A stretch of 64,000 bases of DNA, taken from assembly GCA_964016885.1 (NCBI GenBank), contig OZ024740.1, positions 315,022,001 through 315,086,000 of the forward strand, read 5' to 3'. This document shows positions 28,257 through 42,025 of the stretch, one piece after another. Below the pieces are notes generated by a model that saw only the letters and a list, made by a program, of their open reading frames with translations, did no database searches and was not told the origin of the DNA. The translations under genes and the position numbers were made by a program. This DNA is from Eledone cirrhosa. Taxonomy: Eukaryota. Every line of letters starts with the position of its first letter. The first letter of the stretch is position 1.

Positions 28257-28580
28257 GTCTCGTAACTTCTGGGGGCGTCTTTGGGGCGTCATATTGACAT
28301 AGAGCGTTTCTAGGGCATTTTTGTTTTTAACCCGGTGGAGCCCATTTCCTCACAAGGTCTGAATACAAGTAGATTTCTTCCAGAGGAGAAAGATAGAGAG
28401 AGAGTTAGAGAATGGAAGCGAGAAAGAGATATAGAGGAAAAGTAGACCCTAGTACTAGACTGCTACTTTTTTATCGACCTTGAATGGATGAAAGGCAAAG
28501 TTGACTCCGGCGGGATTTGAACTCAGATACCAGAGAATACCACAAAGCATTCTATCAGACGTCCTAACGATTCTGCCAGT
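28257..28580 (-). mobile_element. SINE-A copy
   Basis: Homologous to the other SINE-A copies. Confidence 0.8.
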
Positions 28581-28759
28581 ATGTCCTAGATATGCTATTT
28601 CTGAAAAAAAAAAAAAAAAGCTCCCAAAGAAGAGAGGATGGCCAGAGCTGGAACACTTTTATCATTACTGTTCTGGAAATGAAATTAAAAAATCACAACG
28701 GACAAAAATGTGTGTATATGTAAATGGATGAGGAGGGAGGTGTTTGTTGTCTTAATCTA

Positions 28760-28791
28760 CATAAACACACACATGTACACAGATACACAGG

Positions 28792-28838
<47 letters not shown>

Positions 28839-29179
28839 GTATACACATGTACACGCACAGCCATAGGCATACACACAGAAGCACATAAATACAGACACAC
28901 ACAGGCACCCACACACAGGCACACACATATTGTGGTACATAAATACAGACGCACACAGGCACACACATATTGTGGTACATAAATACAGACGCACAGAGGC
29001 ACACACACACACACAGGCAAACACACATACACACACACAGAGGCAAACACACAGGTTCAAACACAAGCACACACATACGCATATACACAAACACACACAT
29101 ATACGTACGCAGTCTAAAAAGCGGTTGATGAGAAAAGATGGAAATATTTTTTTTTACTTATTGCTCCCACACCTTCCAC

Positions 29180-29245
<66 letters not shown>

Positions 29246-29600
29246 TATTCCCCCACCCCACTGACTTACCTAAATAAATAGCTAAATGAAATATACCAAA
29301 AACAAACTGACATACAAATGTAAACCCTTATACATACATACACATAAACATACACACATTAACGCATATACACACATGCGTGAACACACAAATACATACA
29401 CATACACATTCATACACACACACTTATGCACTCACGTACATCTATACATATACACGCACACATACACACATAGCCACGAACACACACCTATACACACTCC
29501 TGTACACCTATACATATACACACATATACACACATATACACACACATACACACACAGACACACACGAACATACACACACATATACACACAAAACCCCTTC
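28760..29600. repeat. Degenerate (CA)n region with an exact ~40-bp tandem duplication
   Basis: caggcacacacatattgtggtacataaatacagacgcac is duplicated near 28916 and 28956. Confidence 0.8.
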
Positions 29601-30015
29601 ATACATTTCCCTCGAAATTTCTGCACACCTGAAGGATATTATTGTAGTTGGGTTTGTAAACGTTAAGCTTACCCCCTTGCGGGACTGGCGTCGGGGAGAA
29701 ATATGGAGGGAGGGGGGGGGGGGAAACAGATCCAAGCGTTTGTATACACACATACAACAATTGGGACGGTGTGGTACGGCAGGAATTTTCGGGGTGGAGC
29801 AGGTGGATTGTTTTGGGAACACCAACACGGTGGTTAAGTAAAGTTCCTTAACATCCACGCCCAACTCGATAATCTGCTTGATGTAAACGCTGGTGCTTTA
29901 GAAAGGTCGCTAGGTTCATAGTAAAACTGTTATCGGCTGGCGTGATGTTTCTTTATTCTATAAAGGTTTGTTTGGGGGGATTTTGTTATTATATATATAA
30001 ATATATATATATATA

Positions 30016-30080
<65 letters not shown>

Positions 30081-30125
30081 ATTATTATATATATTTTCAT
30101 ATATATATGTATTTATATACATATG

Positions 30126-30206
<81 letters not shown>

Positions 30207-30654
30207 GAGGGGAAGATAGATAGATAAACATAGCTTGCTTGTTTTTTTAATTTTATTCTATTATTTTTTTACAATAATCTATATTCAAATTTTACGAAAT
30301 CTTCTCATTATGTTCGTTGTTGCTGTTGTTTCTTTTATTGTTATTGGTGTTATTGTTGTTGTTGTTATTCTCCTCCTCTGCCTCCTCTATCACGATTACT
30401 AACACCACCACCGCTACCACCACGAAGGCCACCATTAACACCCGCCCAACATTACTCCTACCGCCACCACCACTACTAGCACCTCCCACAACATTACCTC
30501 CACCACAGCCTCCACCATAGCCTCCTCTTTCTTCTTCGTGATGCTGTTGTGATGCTGTAGTGGTTACCCACCATATGTATCAACCAATCAGGTTTATTCA
30601 TGTTGATAACGGCGATGTTGACAATAGAGGTGACGATGGTGGTGGAGGTGGTAG

Positions 30655-30685
<31 letters not shown>

Positions 30686-31214
30686 AAGAAGGAAGATGAC
30701 GATGACGATGACGACGGCGGCGATAATAGCGAGGATGAGGATGAGGATGAGGATGGTGGTGGTGTGGTGGCGGTTGTAGTGGTCATACAATCTATTTATA
30801 TCAGAAGCTCCACTTGAGATTCCGTCCTCTCACCAACCATCAAGCCGTCCAGTCATATTGCCCAATATGTCAACACTACAATGACCCGGGGCCATCTGAT
30901 ACAGCTAACTGTCACTTATTAAAGGTAGCGTAGGTGGCGAGTTGCCACAGTCATTAGATACATCATTCTAAGGTATTTGTTTCGACCCTTTGCCAGTTGA
31001 GATCAAACCTTGCTGAAGCCAACTGCGTCTTTCATTATTTCAAGGTCAATAAATAAATCTCAGTAAAATACTAGAGCCAATTCTTCCTCTATATCTCTTT
31101 TTCGCTCTCCTTCTTTCTCTGAAAAATATTAGTTCTTTTCAAACATGATCAAAGATCAGCTCCACCAGGTTTAAAATATCGTGACGGCACCCCTACACTT
31201 CTATCAGATGTTAG

Positions 31215-31292
<78 letters not shown>

Positions 31293-31517
31293 ATAAAAAG
31301 AAATACACAGATACATGCGAATACATACATATACATGCATATACACACATATATCCCTGAATTTGTGTGGTGCCAACCTTAACCGTTGTTGCTCTATGGG
31401 ACAAAATAATCCGAGTGAATTAGATTGACTCTATATCAGACCTATATATAATACATTATAAAGAAAGAAGAAACATGAGACATAAATAAAACAAAAACAA
31501 ATATAAATACCCAATAT

Positions 31518-31700
31518 ATAATTGTTTCTACTTTTGGCACAAGGCCAGCAATTACCCAGTACATTACTGGTACTTTATTTTATCGACCCCGTAAGGATGA
31601 AAGGCAAAGTTTACCTCGACGGGATTTGAACTCAGACCGTAAAGGGACGTAACTATGCTGGAAAGCATGGCGCCCGACTCTCTACCGATACTGCCAATAT
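31518..31700 (-). mobile_element. SINE-B copy
   Basis: Near-identical to the 49122 copy. Confidence 0.85.
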
Positions 31701-31701
31701 G

Positions 31702-31736
<35 letters not shown>

Positions 31737-31740
31737 ATAT

Positions 31741-31776
<36 letters not shown>

Positions 31777-32439
31777 TATATATATAGATAGATGGATGAA
31801 TGTAATCTCTATATACAATAATTCAACAGACATGACTCCCCCCTTCCCATTGTGTGTCACGTATCAAATCTGTATTGAGCACCTTCCTTTCATTTCTTTC
31901 CTCAGACCTTCATCCGATTGAACGAGTTCTTCTGATCATCAAGGCCCAATAAAATCTCATTCCAAGCTGCTTATAAATTGGAAGGAACCGATATCAAACA
32001 CATCTGCCTCGAACAATTAAACTAAAGGACAATAGAATTTAATAGACTTTTACACAGTATTTATTGGCTTCTCTACAATATATCTTTCATTTATATTTTA
32101 CTTGTTCCAATCGACAAGCTGAGCCCAAGCTGGGGCACCGCTATTGAATATAGATGGGAAATGTCATATGTGTTTTATATTTCTTGGAATATTGGAATAC
32201 TGAGCAGCATTGTATCAGAATCTCTTACGAAATATACATTGTGGAACAATAACGTAGAGAAAGTTGTTCTATATACGCCTGATAATATACGTTCAGCTTC
32301 TCAGAGAAAAATGTATGCAGTACTCATATTAACTACCAGCTGTCATTTTTTAGAATACCAAAATATTTTGGAACTTTAGCATACTTATGGATTAGTTGAT
32401 ATCACATTTTAAGCTTGACATTAATTTCTTCAACAAGGA

Positions 32440-32660
32440 CAGCGGATTGGCAGATTCGTTAGAGTGTCGGACAAATGCTTAGCAATGTTTCTCTCGGCTC
32501 TTTTACATTCTGAGTTCAAATTCAACTGAGGTGAACTTTGCATCTCATCCTTCCGGGTCGACAAAAGGAAGAACCAGTCAAGTACTGGAGGCGATGAAAT
32601 CGACTTTCCTCCTTCCTCAAAATTGTTGGCCTTGGATCAAACTTAGAAGTCATTATTTTA
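32440..32660 (+). mobile_element. Full-length Nin/Deu SINE
   Basis: gcggattggcagattcgttagagtgtcggac...ttctgagttcaaattc...ggccttggatcaaacttagaagtcattatt. Confidence 0.8.
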
Positions 32661-32674
32661 CCCAAGAAAAATAA

Positions 32675-32880
32675 CGACTGCAACGCCAAAGGCTAACGAA
32701 CTAAAAATCTAACGAGTTATACCGATTTGGTTGTTGAATTAGAAACATTATACAGTAGCTGTTAAAAATATGTCCATCAAACCATTTCTAATTAGTGCCA
32801 CTGGAATGATACACAAACATTTCTCACACTCCAGTAAATCACAATACTAACATCTATAAAAACCGTTAGGACATTCTCAC
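32675..32880 (+). pseudogene. R4-like RLE C-terminal relic
   Basis: YTDLVVELETLY...PFLISATGMIHK...TVRTF. Confidence 0.5.
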
Positions 32881-32902
32881 ACAATATTTGTTAACGTTGA
32901 AC

Positions 32903-33050
32903 GATTTTATGCACGGTTTCCAAGAATGATTTCATGCAGGTCTTCCGGGAGGATTTCCAAGAACTATTTTATACATATCTTCCAGGAGGTTTTCCAATAA
33001 TTATTTTATGCTTATCTTCCAAGCAGTTTTCCAAGAATTATTCTATGCTT
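32903..33050. repeat. ~37-bp minisatellite (~4 copies)
   Basis: Recurring tttccaagaa..atttt.atgc..tcttcc.g.agg. Confidence 0.7.
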
Positions 33051-33467
33051 TTGGTGTAAGAAAACGAACCCTGGATGTCTTACTCAAGACATCATATGTA
33101 AGAAATATACGAAATGCAGTATGAGAATGGATCTGGTCTTTAAAGGTAACTGATGAAAATAACGGTCATGTTTATGTCATATTAAGCCTTCTAAGCAAAC
33201 ATATTCTATTTACAAGATTAAGAGCGAACAATGTATTTAGTATCAGTGTTCCATTAACTAAGATTATCCATACCATTAAAAGAAAAATCTTCTTGTGACA
33301 TTTAAAAAACAAAATTAAAAACAAAAACAAGATCAATTAACTGAATTGATAACAATAAGATAACAATAAGATAACAATAAGATCTTGTTTTCGGTCATAC
33401 TCTGAAGGTTTTGGTATAGTTGTGTTCGGAAATGACTACGAGAGGGATTCTTTCTTCGTGCGAATCC

Positions 33468-33544
33468 GTAGCTAGCGGACGTAGGTCGGTGAGCTTGTAC
33501 GAAACTAGGGATTTCTGGCTCACTGACCTACGTCAGTAAGCTAC
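33468..33544. repeat. Hairpin with ~27-bp arms
   Basis: gtagctagcggacgtaggtcggtgagc versus gctcactgacctacgtcagtaagctac. Confidence 0.7.
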
Positions 33545-33651
33545 CAATATCCTCGGAAAAAAAAGACTCTCATTTTGCTCTGCTGCTCAAGTGACGTCAC
33601 TCCTCATGCTACTTCCGGCATGTTATCTATAAATAATCCCATGATATAGAT

Positions 33652-34649
33652 AAGCGTTTCTCAACTGGTGTTCCCCGGAAACCTAATTCCGCAAGAGGTC
33701 GCTAAGGTTTACGCGAGAAAGTGATAAATAAGCTAATGCATTTTTGAGTAATTTTTTTTAAATATTGTATTTGTAATATTACTATACATGTACGGCATAT
33801 TGTTGGAAAATGTTTGGTTATTATAATAAAGGTTTCAACGTCTAAGAGAGATAAAACTATAATAAAGGAAGGTCTGCGGGACTGCGTACGGTTTATTTAT
33901 TTTAATCCCGTTAGTAAAATAAGTTGGATTACTTTGAATAAATAATGAATGAATATTACATAATTTAACTACTAAATTTCGTAAACAAAAATAATTTCGT
34001 AAAAATAAATAATTTAAAATTGACTTCTTTTCAAAGTTGCACTTCCGGTATATCGTTGCCACCACCACCACCACTTCAACTACCATATATATAGAAAGAG
34101 AGAGTGTGTGATGTCAACACTTCCGGTGGCGATCACTTAAATAAACATACTAATTTTCTGTCACTAATTTTCTCCTAATGCAGTTTATATATAATATCGT
34201 CTTTTTTTATTGTATCATGGATTACGTTACTGATTACAGAAGACAGTGTAACGTATTCTTCGTTCAATTTCTGTTTATATTGACAATTACTATTTTATTA
34301 TTTGATGTATCATATCTACATGTATATATTCTTGCGTATAATATCAATATACACACTACACATGCTAGCAGAAAACCGCCCGAAGAGTGGTTTTTCTGCT
34401 AGTATTAATAATTATTTCTACTTTTAGCACAAGTCACCAATTACCCAGTACATTACTGGTACTTTATTTTATCGACCCCGTAAGGATGAAAGGCAAAGTG
34501 AACCTCGGCGGGATTTGAATTCTGATCATAAAGGGACGTAAACTACGCTGGAAAGCTTGTCCGACCCTCTACCGATACTTCCAATTCACCAAATGGTAAT
34601 GAAAACTATTTCAAGGATTCCATAAGGGTAAAAAGGTTGAGAAACGCTG
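33652..34649. mobile_element. hAT/Charlie-like non-autonomous element with nested insertions
   Basis: TIRs agcgtttctcaac / gttgagaaacgctg; TSD not convincing; contains a SINE-B copy at 34408-34590. Confidence 0.5.
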
Positions 34650-34715
34650 AGATAAAAGTAAAAATTAAATGCTCAGAGAATTGATGATGAACATATCGTA
34701 TATCAATTTGTACCA

Positions 34716-34716
<1 letters not shown>

Positions 34717-34746
<30 letters not shown>

Positions 34747-35060
34747 CTTCTTCTTCTTCTTCTTCTTCTTCTTCTTCTTCTTCTTCTTCTTCTTCTTCTT
34801 CTTCGCCCACTTATTCCCGGGAAGGTCGTTGGGAGCAGAGTCCTTAAACAATCCTTCCAGCGGGTTCTGCCAGTAGCAACAGTCTCCAACAGATCCAATT
34901 GGATCCTCAAGAGAGACCAGCCGAGCTCATGGATGTTATCCAACCATCTTGCTCTGGGTCTACAACCTGGGTCTACCCCTGGGTCTCCTGCCTGTTGGTT
35001 TTGCCCGTAAAATCATCTGTCCAGCAATTCTTTCCTGAAACATTCTAACCAAATGCCCAT
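34717..35060 (-). pseudogene. RTE LINE 3' end with (GAA)n tail
   Basis: RPRARWLDNIHELGWSLL...ETVATGRTRWKDCLRTL followed by (GAA)n at 34717-34804; homologue at 39855-40045. Confidence 0.8.
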
Positions 35061-35308
35061 CGTTTTGATTTTCATCCGATATATCATGTGTTAAAGGTAT
35101 TTTATACAGGTATTTTAAGAATTTCAGATCGATTAATAAAAACTAAACCGACGGCTATACCTGTGTAATGATTTATATCTGTTAAATACATTTTCATTCC
35201 TTATTTCATGTTTTAAGTATATATCCAGCCTGTATCCAGAAATATGGCCAATCCGGAAATCCGGACCACCTCTCGTCCTTAAATTGCCGGATGAATGGTT
35301 GGGTACAT

Positions 35309-35371
<63 letters not shown>

Positions 35372-35389
35372 GCACCACCACCACCACTT

Positions 35390-35434
<45 letters not shown>

Positions 35435-35516
35435 TTACTACTACTACTACTACTACCACCAGCACCAGCACCACCACCACTTCTACTACTACTACTACTA
35501 CTACTACTACTATTAC

Positions 35517-35548
<32 letters not shown>

Positions 35549-35569
35549 GCACCAGCACCACCACCACTT

Positions 35570-35634
<65 letters not shown>
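35309..35634. repeat. (CTA)n with a three-times repeated ccaccagcaccaccaccacttct interruption
   Basis: Higher-order microsatellite duplication seen directly. Confidence 0.9.
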
Positions 35635-35635
<1 letters not shown>

Positions 35636-36007
35636 GTTGTACCTTTAATTATAGTTCCGTCTGGGGGTGCAGTTTTTAAAAAGGGTAACAAACGACACAA
35701 CGGATCAACACGCACACACACATACACACACAAACACGGAGGCACACACATACACACATGCACACACACTCATACATATTCACACACATATACACATGCA
35801 CACACCCACACACACTAATACCCATTATAACACACAAATACAAGCCAGCAGACACAAACATATGCATACAAACATGTCCACACGCACACCCACACGCTAA
35901 TACCCCTTCACACACACGAATATAAGCCCGCATACACACATACACACAAACACGCACGGTCACACATGCACACACAAATACCCATTAACACACACGAATA
36001 CAAGCAT

Positions 36008-36093
<86 letters not shown>

Positions 36094-36416
36094 CAACAGA
36101 GATACACTTTCATATACAAGATTCATAACCCCTAATCCCTAATACACAGATATTTTCTGTTGTGGGATTTCAATTAAATAAATATATACATATCAAACTA
36201 GGCGGTCCCTGCTGCCTGGCATGCATGAAGGAACACATATCAGTCCCCTAAGCATGCAAGGAACGTAGGTATTTGTACTATATACACTAATATACATATA
36301 CAGATGTCTAAATATTTACACTCACACACTCTCATACTCTCACATACACTCATACATACACATATACACACACACATATATATATATGTATGTACACACA
36401 CACACACATACACACA

Positions 36417-36462
<46 letters not shown>

Positions 36463-36559
36463 TGTACATATGAATATTTATACATGTATATATATATATA
36501 AACATACACACAAAAAAACACACTCTCACACGCACACAGACACACGCACACAGACACAG

Positions 36560-36660
<101 letters not shown>

Positions 36661-37114
36661 GCTATGGTATGATATGTTGACTAACGAGGGTTGTGTAAGC
36701 AACACACCAATCTGTGAACGAGGCAATTATATTAAAGCACTCAGCGTCCTGTCTACCGTTCCAAATGTTATCTGGTAGTCTATGGCATCTTATACGTACA
36801 ATATGGTAATGAAGGGTCTTGGTATGTGACTGGTAGGCTTGACTTGATAGTAAACTTAATTGTAAGGGTAGGGGAGTAGTGGGTAGTTAAGCATCCCCGC
36901 TTCCACGCATGAGTGCAGGTGTACAGTGGAACTAGAATTCATAAGCAGGTGGGTTTGACAAGGAAAACAACTCACCTGTCCCCTTTGTCCATAGCCTGTA
37001 TTGCATTAGCAATATTACATAACAACCTTATTACCTACGATGTTGTCTGATGAAGTCGTGTTGGTGGTTGTGTGATCACAGCTTCACGTAATTATGAACG
37101 CCACATAATATATA

Positions 37115-37429
37115 TAGTTTTCCCCCGGTATTTGCGGGGGGGGGGGGGTTACATAGCTTCAGCACCCGCGAAGAGTGAAAAACATCGAATATTGGACGTG
37201 GTCCATAAAAATGCCTACAAAAGTCAAAATATAACGTAAAATATAATTAAAAAGGGAGCCTCTTATCCGAAGGGGCGTCCAATAGGCCGGCAAATATGGT
37301 ATATTGTTATTAATAATTTATCGTTAAAAATATATATATAAATTGGCACGAAAAAAAAACATTAAAAAATCGCGGAAGATATTTACAATTCCGCGAATAA
37401 CAAGGACCGTGAATGCCGGGAGTACACTG
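37115..37429 (-). mobile_element. Tigger/pogo-like MITE (TA-flanked)
   Basis: Reverse complement of 47568-47959; end cagtgtactcccggcattc. Confidence 0.7.
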
Positions 37430-37545
37430 TATATATATATATGTAGCGAGAGAGAGAGAGAGAGTGTGTGTGTGTGAGCGAGAGGAGAGGGAGAGAATGA
37501 GGAAAATGTGAAGTTGTAGATGTTAAAGAGTCCTTTATTAATAAA

Positions 37546-37620
37546 GCTGTGATACATATTTCAATGACGTTCATGGACACTTGATTCTACGTAACCATTC
37601 ACATGATCTCATCAGACAGC
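37546..37620 (-). ncRNA. Type I hammerhead ribozyme
   Basis: GCTGT-CTGATGA-gatcatgt...acgtcatt-GAAAT ATGT ATC-ACAGC: perfect 5-bp stem I, AUC cleavage triplet, AATAAA downstream. Confidence 0.7.
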
Positions 37621-37636
37621 AGCATTATGTATAAAG

Positions 37637-37744
37637 GTTACATTTCCGAGGCAATCCAGACCAAGGAAACGGCCAATCACAACAAAAACATAATTTTGTG
37701 TCTGTTCTCTTGTATCTTGGCCTGGTTTGCCTCGGAAACGTAAC
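37637..37744. repeat. Hairpin with ~29-bp arms just upstream of the HHR on the minus strand
   Basis: gttacatttccgaggcaatccagaccaag versus cttggcctggtttgcctcggaaacgtaac. Confidence 0.75.
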
Positions 37745-37839
37745 ATGACGCTGAGTGCTTGAATTGAATTGCAATATTTACCGTAAGACACATAAGTATG
37801 CACGTACACATGCATATATACACATATACACACTCGTAT

Positions 37840-37922
<83 letters not shown>

Positions 37923-38158
37923 ATATGTGTGTGTATATATATACATATATACACATAACTATATACGTACATATATGTTCTATACATACACTCGTCATTA
38001 AATATCATATATTTCCATGTGAATAATTAGCAATTACATTAAAATACATCAGTAGAAGATATTTAGAAAAAAAACCCAACTTAAATACGGATATGAAGGT
38101 ATCGTAATATAGATACATATATGTGTATATACACAGATACATACACAAATATGTATAT

Positions 38159-38232
<74 letters not shown>

Positions 38233-38318
38233 GGCATCAAAATCCGTGCAAGTAAACACGTTTATGTATAATTATACTCGACATAAACATATACACAACT
38301 ACACACACACACACACAC

Positions 38319-38357
<39 letters not shown>

Positions 38358-38865
38358 AATATATATACATCTATGTATACACAAAAGTATGACACAAACA
38401 TAATTAGAGACATACAACTCGATTTCGATAATAGACATAGCCTTTTTCAGCTATGGCCAGCAAACTTCTGGCAACACAGATGAAAGTCGTTTAGATCAAG
38501 TAATAGCTGTGCTTGAAGCTTTTTTAAGTGAAAAAAAATCCTTGCACTGAATCAATCCCACTTGCTGAACAGTGGTGGCAGGTATTCAAAAAAACAGGTC
38601 AACATTATTGGTTACCATCGAGTCACAGCTTTTACATGAGTTTTCTTTCTACTAGAATAATGTTCAGACAGGTACCAGGGTTTTCTCCTTGCCAATGGCT
38701 AACTGCGCTTTCGGATACGAAACTGAGTATTCCCATACATACATAAATGTATGTTTGTTCTTCTAGTTTTATAATTTTATAAATTTTTGCCAATAGAGAG
38801 AGAGAGTCGGTTTCTAACATAGATACAAGACTTTCATTAGAATTTACACAGCATCAACTAGGTAG

Positions 38866-39135
38866 ATATGTATGTATGAAATCCTGCTTGCATGCTTGTG
38901 TGTGCAGGTATGGATGTTAATGTATGTGTGGATTTTGATGTTTTGAGTTATATGTGTGCATGTGTATATGCTTTGTATCTGTACAAGTGTATATGCAGTT
39001 ATTCGATGCAGAATTTTTAGAATGTTTTACATATTTTTACTGTTCCATTAATGGATTGTACTTGTAATTTCCTAACTAGTCGTGTTCTTTCTGTTTCTAT
39101 GAAGCCTAGCTTCTCAAGATTTGTACTGGGGCAGT
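38866..39135 (-). pseudogene. R4/Dong-like LINE 3' end embedded in (ATAC)n
   Basis: NLEKLGF...RLVRKLQVQSINGTVKICKTF* plus 3' UTR; ATAC repeats on both sides. Confidence 0.6.
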
Positions 39136-39854
39136 TATGTATGTATGTATGTATGTATGTATGTATGTATGTATGTATGTATGTATGTATGTATGTATGT
39201 ATGTATGTATGCATGCATGTATGTATGTATGTATTACGTACGTACGTATGTATGGACGCGTATGTGTATATTGACATTAACCCAACCGCCTATCTTTATA
39301 TACATAGGGTTACAAATGCTATACAACCATGTGTATATATTCATTCACATACATAGACTCTCTCTCTCTCTCTCCCTCTTTCCCTCATTCCCTCCTCTCT
39401 CTCTCTCACACACATATTCTCATACACACACCTACGCAAACACACACGCACACTCACTTATATACATATATATATATAACACGAGCGCGTGTGAGTTTGC
39501 GTGTGTGTGTATATATGCAATACTCGTCACACATATCCACAAAAAGGAATGCAAGAAAGTAACAATGCAATAAAGAGGATTAATGAAATTTATATCAAAG
39601 TCTCTGAACAAGAAAGAAGCCTGGAGTGAATATAAGGTGATATAATTGTAACAAACATTATAGGTCATAGGACAGAGTGATTGACCTGGTTAGTTTGTAA
39701 GTTTCCTGCAACACATCAGAGGTCAACTTAATGTATGATAATTCTTAGACAATTATATACATCTTAAAACTGATTGTTGCCCCCATTGTTAAAGATTACA
39801 TATTATTGTGTAAGAAATAAAAATATCAATATTTCTTGTGCTTAAAATTCGTGT

Positions 39855-40045
39855 GGACATGTGGTAAGAATGTCTCAGGAAAGAATCGCTGGACAGATTT
39901 TACGGGCAAAAATCAACCGGCAGGAGACATAGGGGTAGACCCCCGAGCAAGATGGTTGGATAACATCTATGAGCTTGGCTGGTCTCACTTGGGGATCCAG
40001 CCGGATAAATTGGAGACAGTTACTTTTGACAGGAACCGCTGATCA
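39855..40045 (+). pseudogene. RTE LINE 3' fragment
   Basis: PRARWLDNIYELGWSHLGIQPDKLETVTFDRNR. Confidence 0.75.
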
Positions 40046-40180
40046 AGCCGAGCTTATCTCGGTTTCATCGGCGTTAAATGACTGAGAGTGTAAAAGACTC
40101 ATCATTTATTAAAATCGGTTGGGTGGTTCTCGAGTTTTAGGGAGTCAGACAGACAGACATTCTCTGTTTTAGATATATAT

Positions 40181-40519
40181 ACTAGCAGAATGGCCCGTCT
40201 TTGCTCGGGATTCTAAACATAGATTGGCATGTTTATTCCTCCTTTCTGAAACAGTTTCCGTCGTATGTTCACCAATTGATGCAGAAGTCCTAATAAAAAG
40301 TGAAGTCGCCTTGAGTGAATAGGCAAATAATTTTCCATTAAGATTTTTCAAAAGCATGTAATTGCGTTCCCTCTCTTTTTTGTTGTTGTTTTTGTTGCTG
40401 TCGAGCCTCGTGAAATAAATACGTTTGTTTATATTTTGTTATTGTGTATGCAAAAATATCTGTAAACGAATATATAATTATGTTTAGAATCCCGAGCAGC
40501 GCCGGGCCATTCTGCTAGT
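40181..40519. mobile_element. Helitron-derived element with inverted Helitron 3' ends at both termini
   Basis: actagcagaatggcccgtctttgctcgggattctaaacata versus tatgtttagaatcccgagcagcgccgggccattctgctagt; matches the 3' end of the Helitron at 52580. Confidence 0.7.
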
Positions 40520-41943
40520 ATAATCTATTAAGACTTTTTTAAAATTTAGTACACAAAACAACTAAGTTTAATCAAATATTTAAGGCACCCAAGTTGTTCG
40601 GGTCAACTGGAATGTGTTTCAATTTCAAACAACCAGTTATGTTATAGCGTGAAGATAATATATTCTCACATACAGTCGAACCTATTTATGAATATAATGT
40701 ATGTAAAAAGTTCCAATTTCTCATTTCCATCCTTTTTAAATGTTAGGCTTTATATTGTATTTGAAGGATTAATATTTTTCTTCTAGCTATCTTAAACGTT
40801 ACAACTAGCACAGCGAGATAAATCACAAAGGCAAGAACTCTTGGAACCCGGCCATTTTCTCCCAACTATATTGAAAATACAAATAACAAAAAAAAAAGCG
40901 TTTTCCTTTAGAAAGTACAACAAATGCTATTCTATTTTTTCTTTTGAAATGACTTTAGTTCTTTCGTGGATAACTGTTTCTGTTTGTTTGGATGGTTGCT
41001 TATGACTAGTGGCTAGATTATTTACTGAATTATGTAAATAAGATTAAAAGAGGAAAATGATATAATTAGAGTATTTCTGAGGACAGGGTGGTGATTTATG
41101 AACCTCAACAGATAACTTTTCAAAGCTGCAGATGACACAGAATAAGAATGCTTAGGATGATGGATTTCTTTAAAGAAATATTAAGATAAGAAAGGGAAGA
41201 AAAAAGAAAAAAGAAAGAAGCAAAAGAAATTCTAAAGAAGAAATAAAATGGAAAGTTAATAGAACAAAATGAAGACAAAACAATTCTAAGAGAACAAAAT
41301 GATAAAGAGGAGAAAGAAAAATACTAAAATGAAGAGGAAAAAGAAGGAAATAAAAGCAGAAAATGGACTATTTATAGACATTTAATCTTTTTATACCATA
41401 ATATTTGGGTAGGAAAATGAGATTACAATAATAAATAAACATAAACACAGGCATGGCCGTTTCGTTAAGAAGTTCACTTAGCAACCATGTGGTTCTGGGT
41501 TTCTTTCCACATCGCAGCACAGGGAGCAACTATTTCCGACTATGGACTCTGCTTGGTGAATACATTTTAAGTAGAATTTGGCGTTGATTTCCGTCGTATG
41601 TATATATATATATATAAATTCAAAATAGGGGTTGCACAGGACAAAGACAATGGAAAAAAAACAACGGAAAGACGGACAGTCCCGTCTCCTCAGTCAATGT
41701 CTGGAAATCACTACAGTTTCGGTACATTAAGGTTGAATTCGTTCATTCCTGTGCACATTGTGATGTAACAAAACAGGTAAAGACAAGTTATGCCTTTATG
41801 CAGTTTACACAAATATAGTGTGCGCAAAGGAACTTAGCCAAAGGAGAAAAAATATCGAAAGGCGAGAAATAGTAAACAGAAGAGAATAATAACGACTGTA
41901 GTCCAACGTGCAGACATAGAAGAGGGACATTGAGGCGCAGAAA

Positions 41944-42025
<82 letters not shown>

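Noticed and set aside
41675-41720. CTGAGGA-GACGG...CCGTC hairpin and a separate GAAACTGTA on the minus strand
   Set aside because: No GAAA follows the stem II hairpin, and the remaining stems do not pair.
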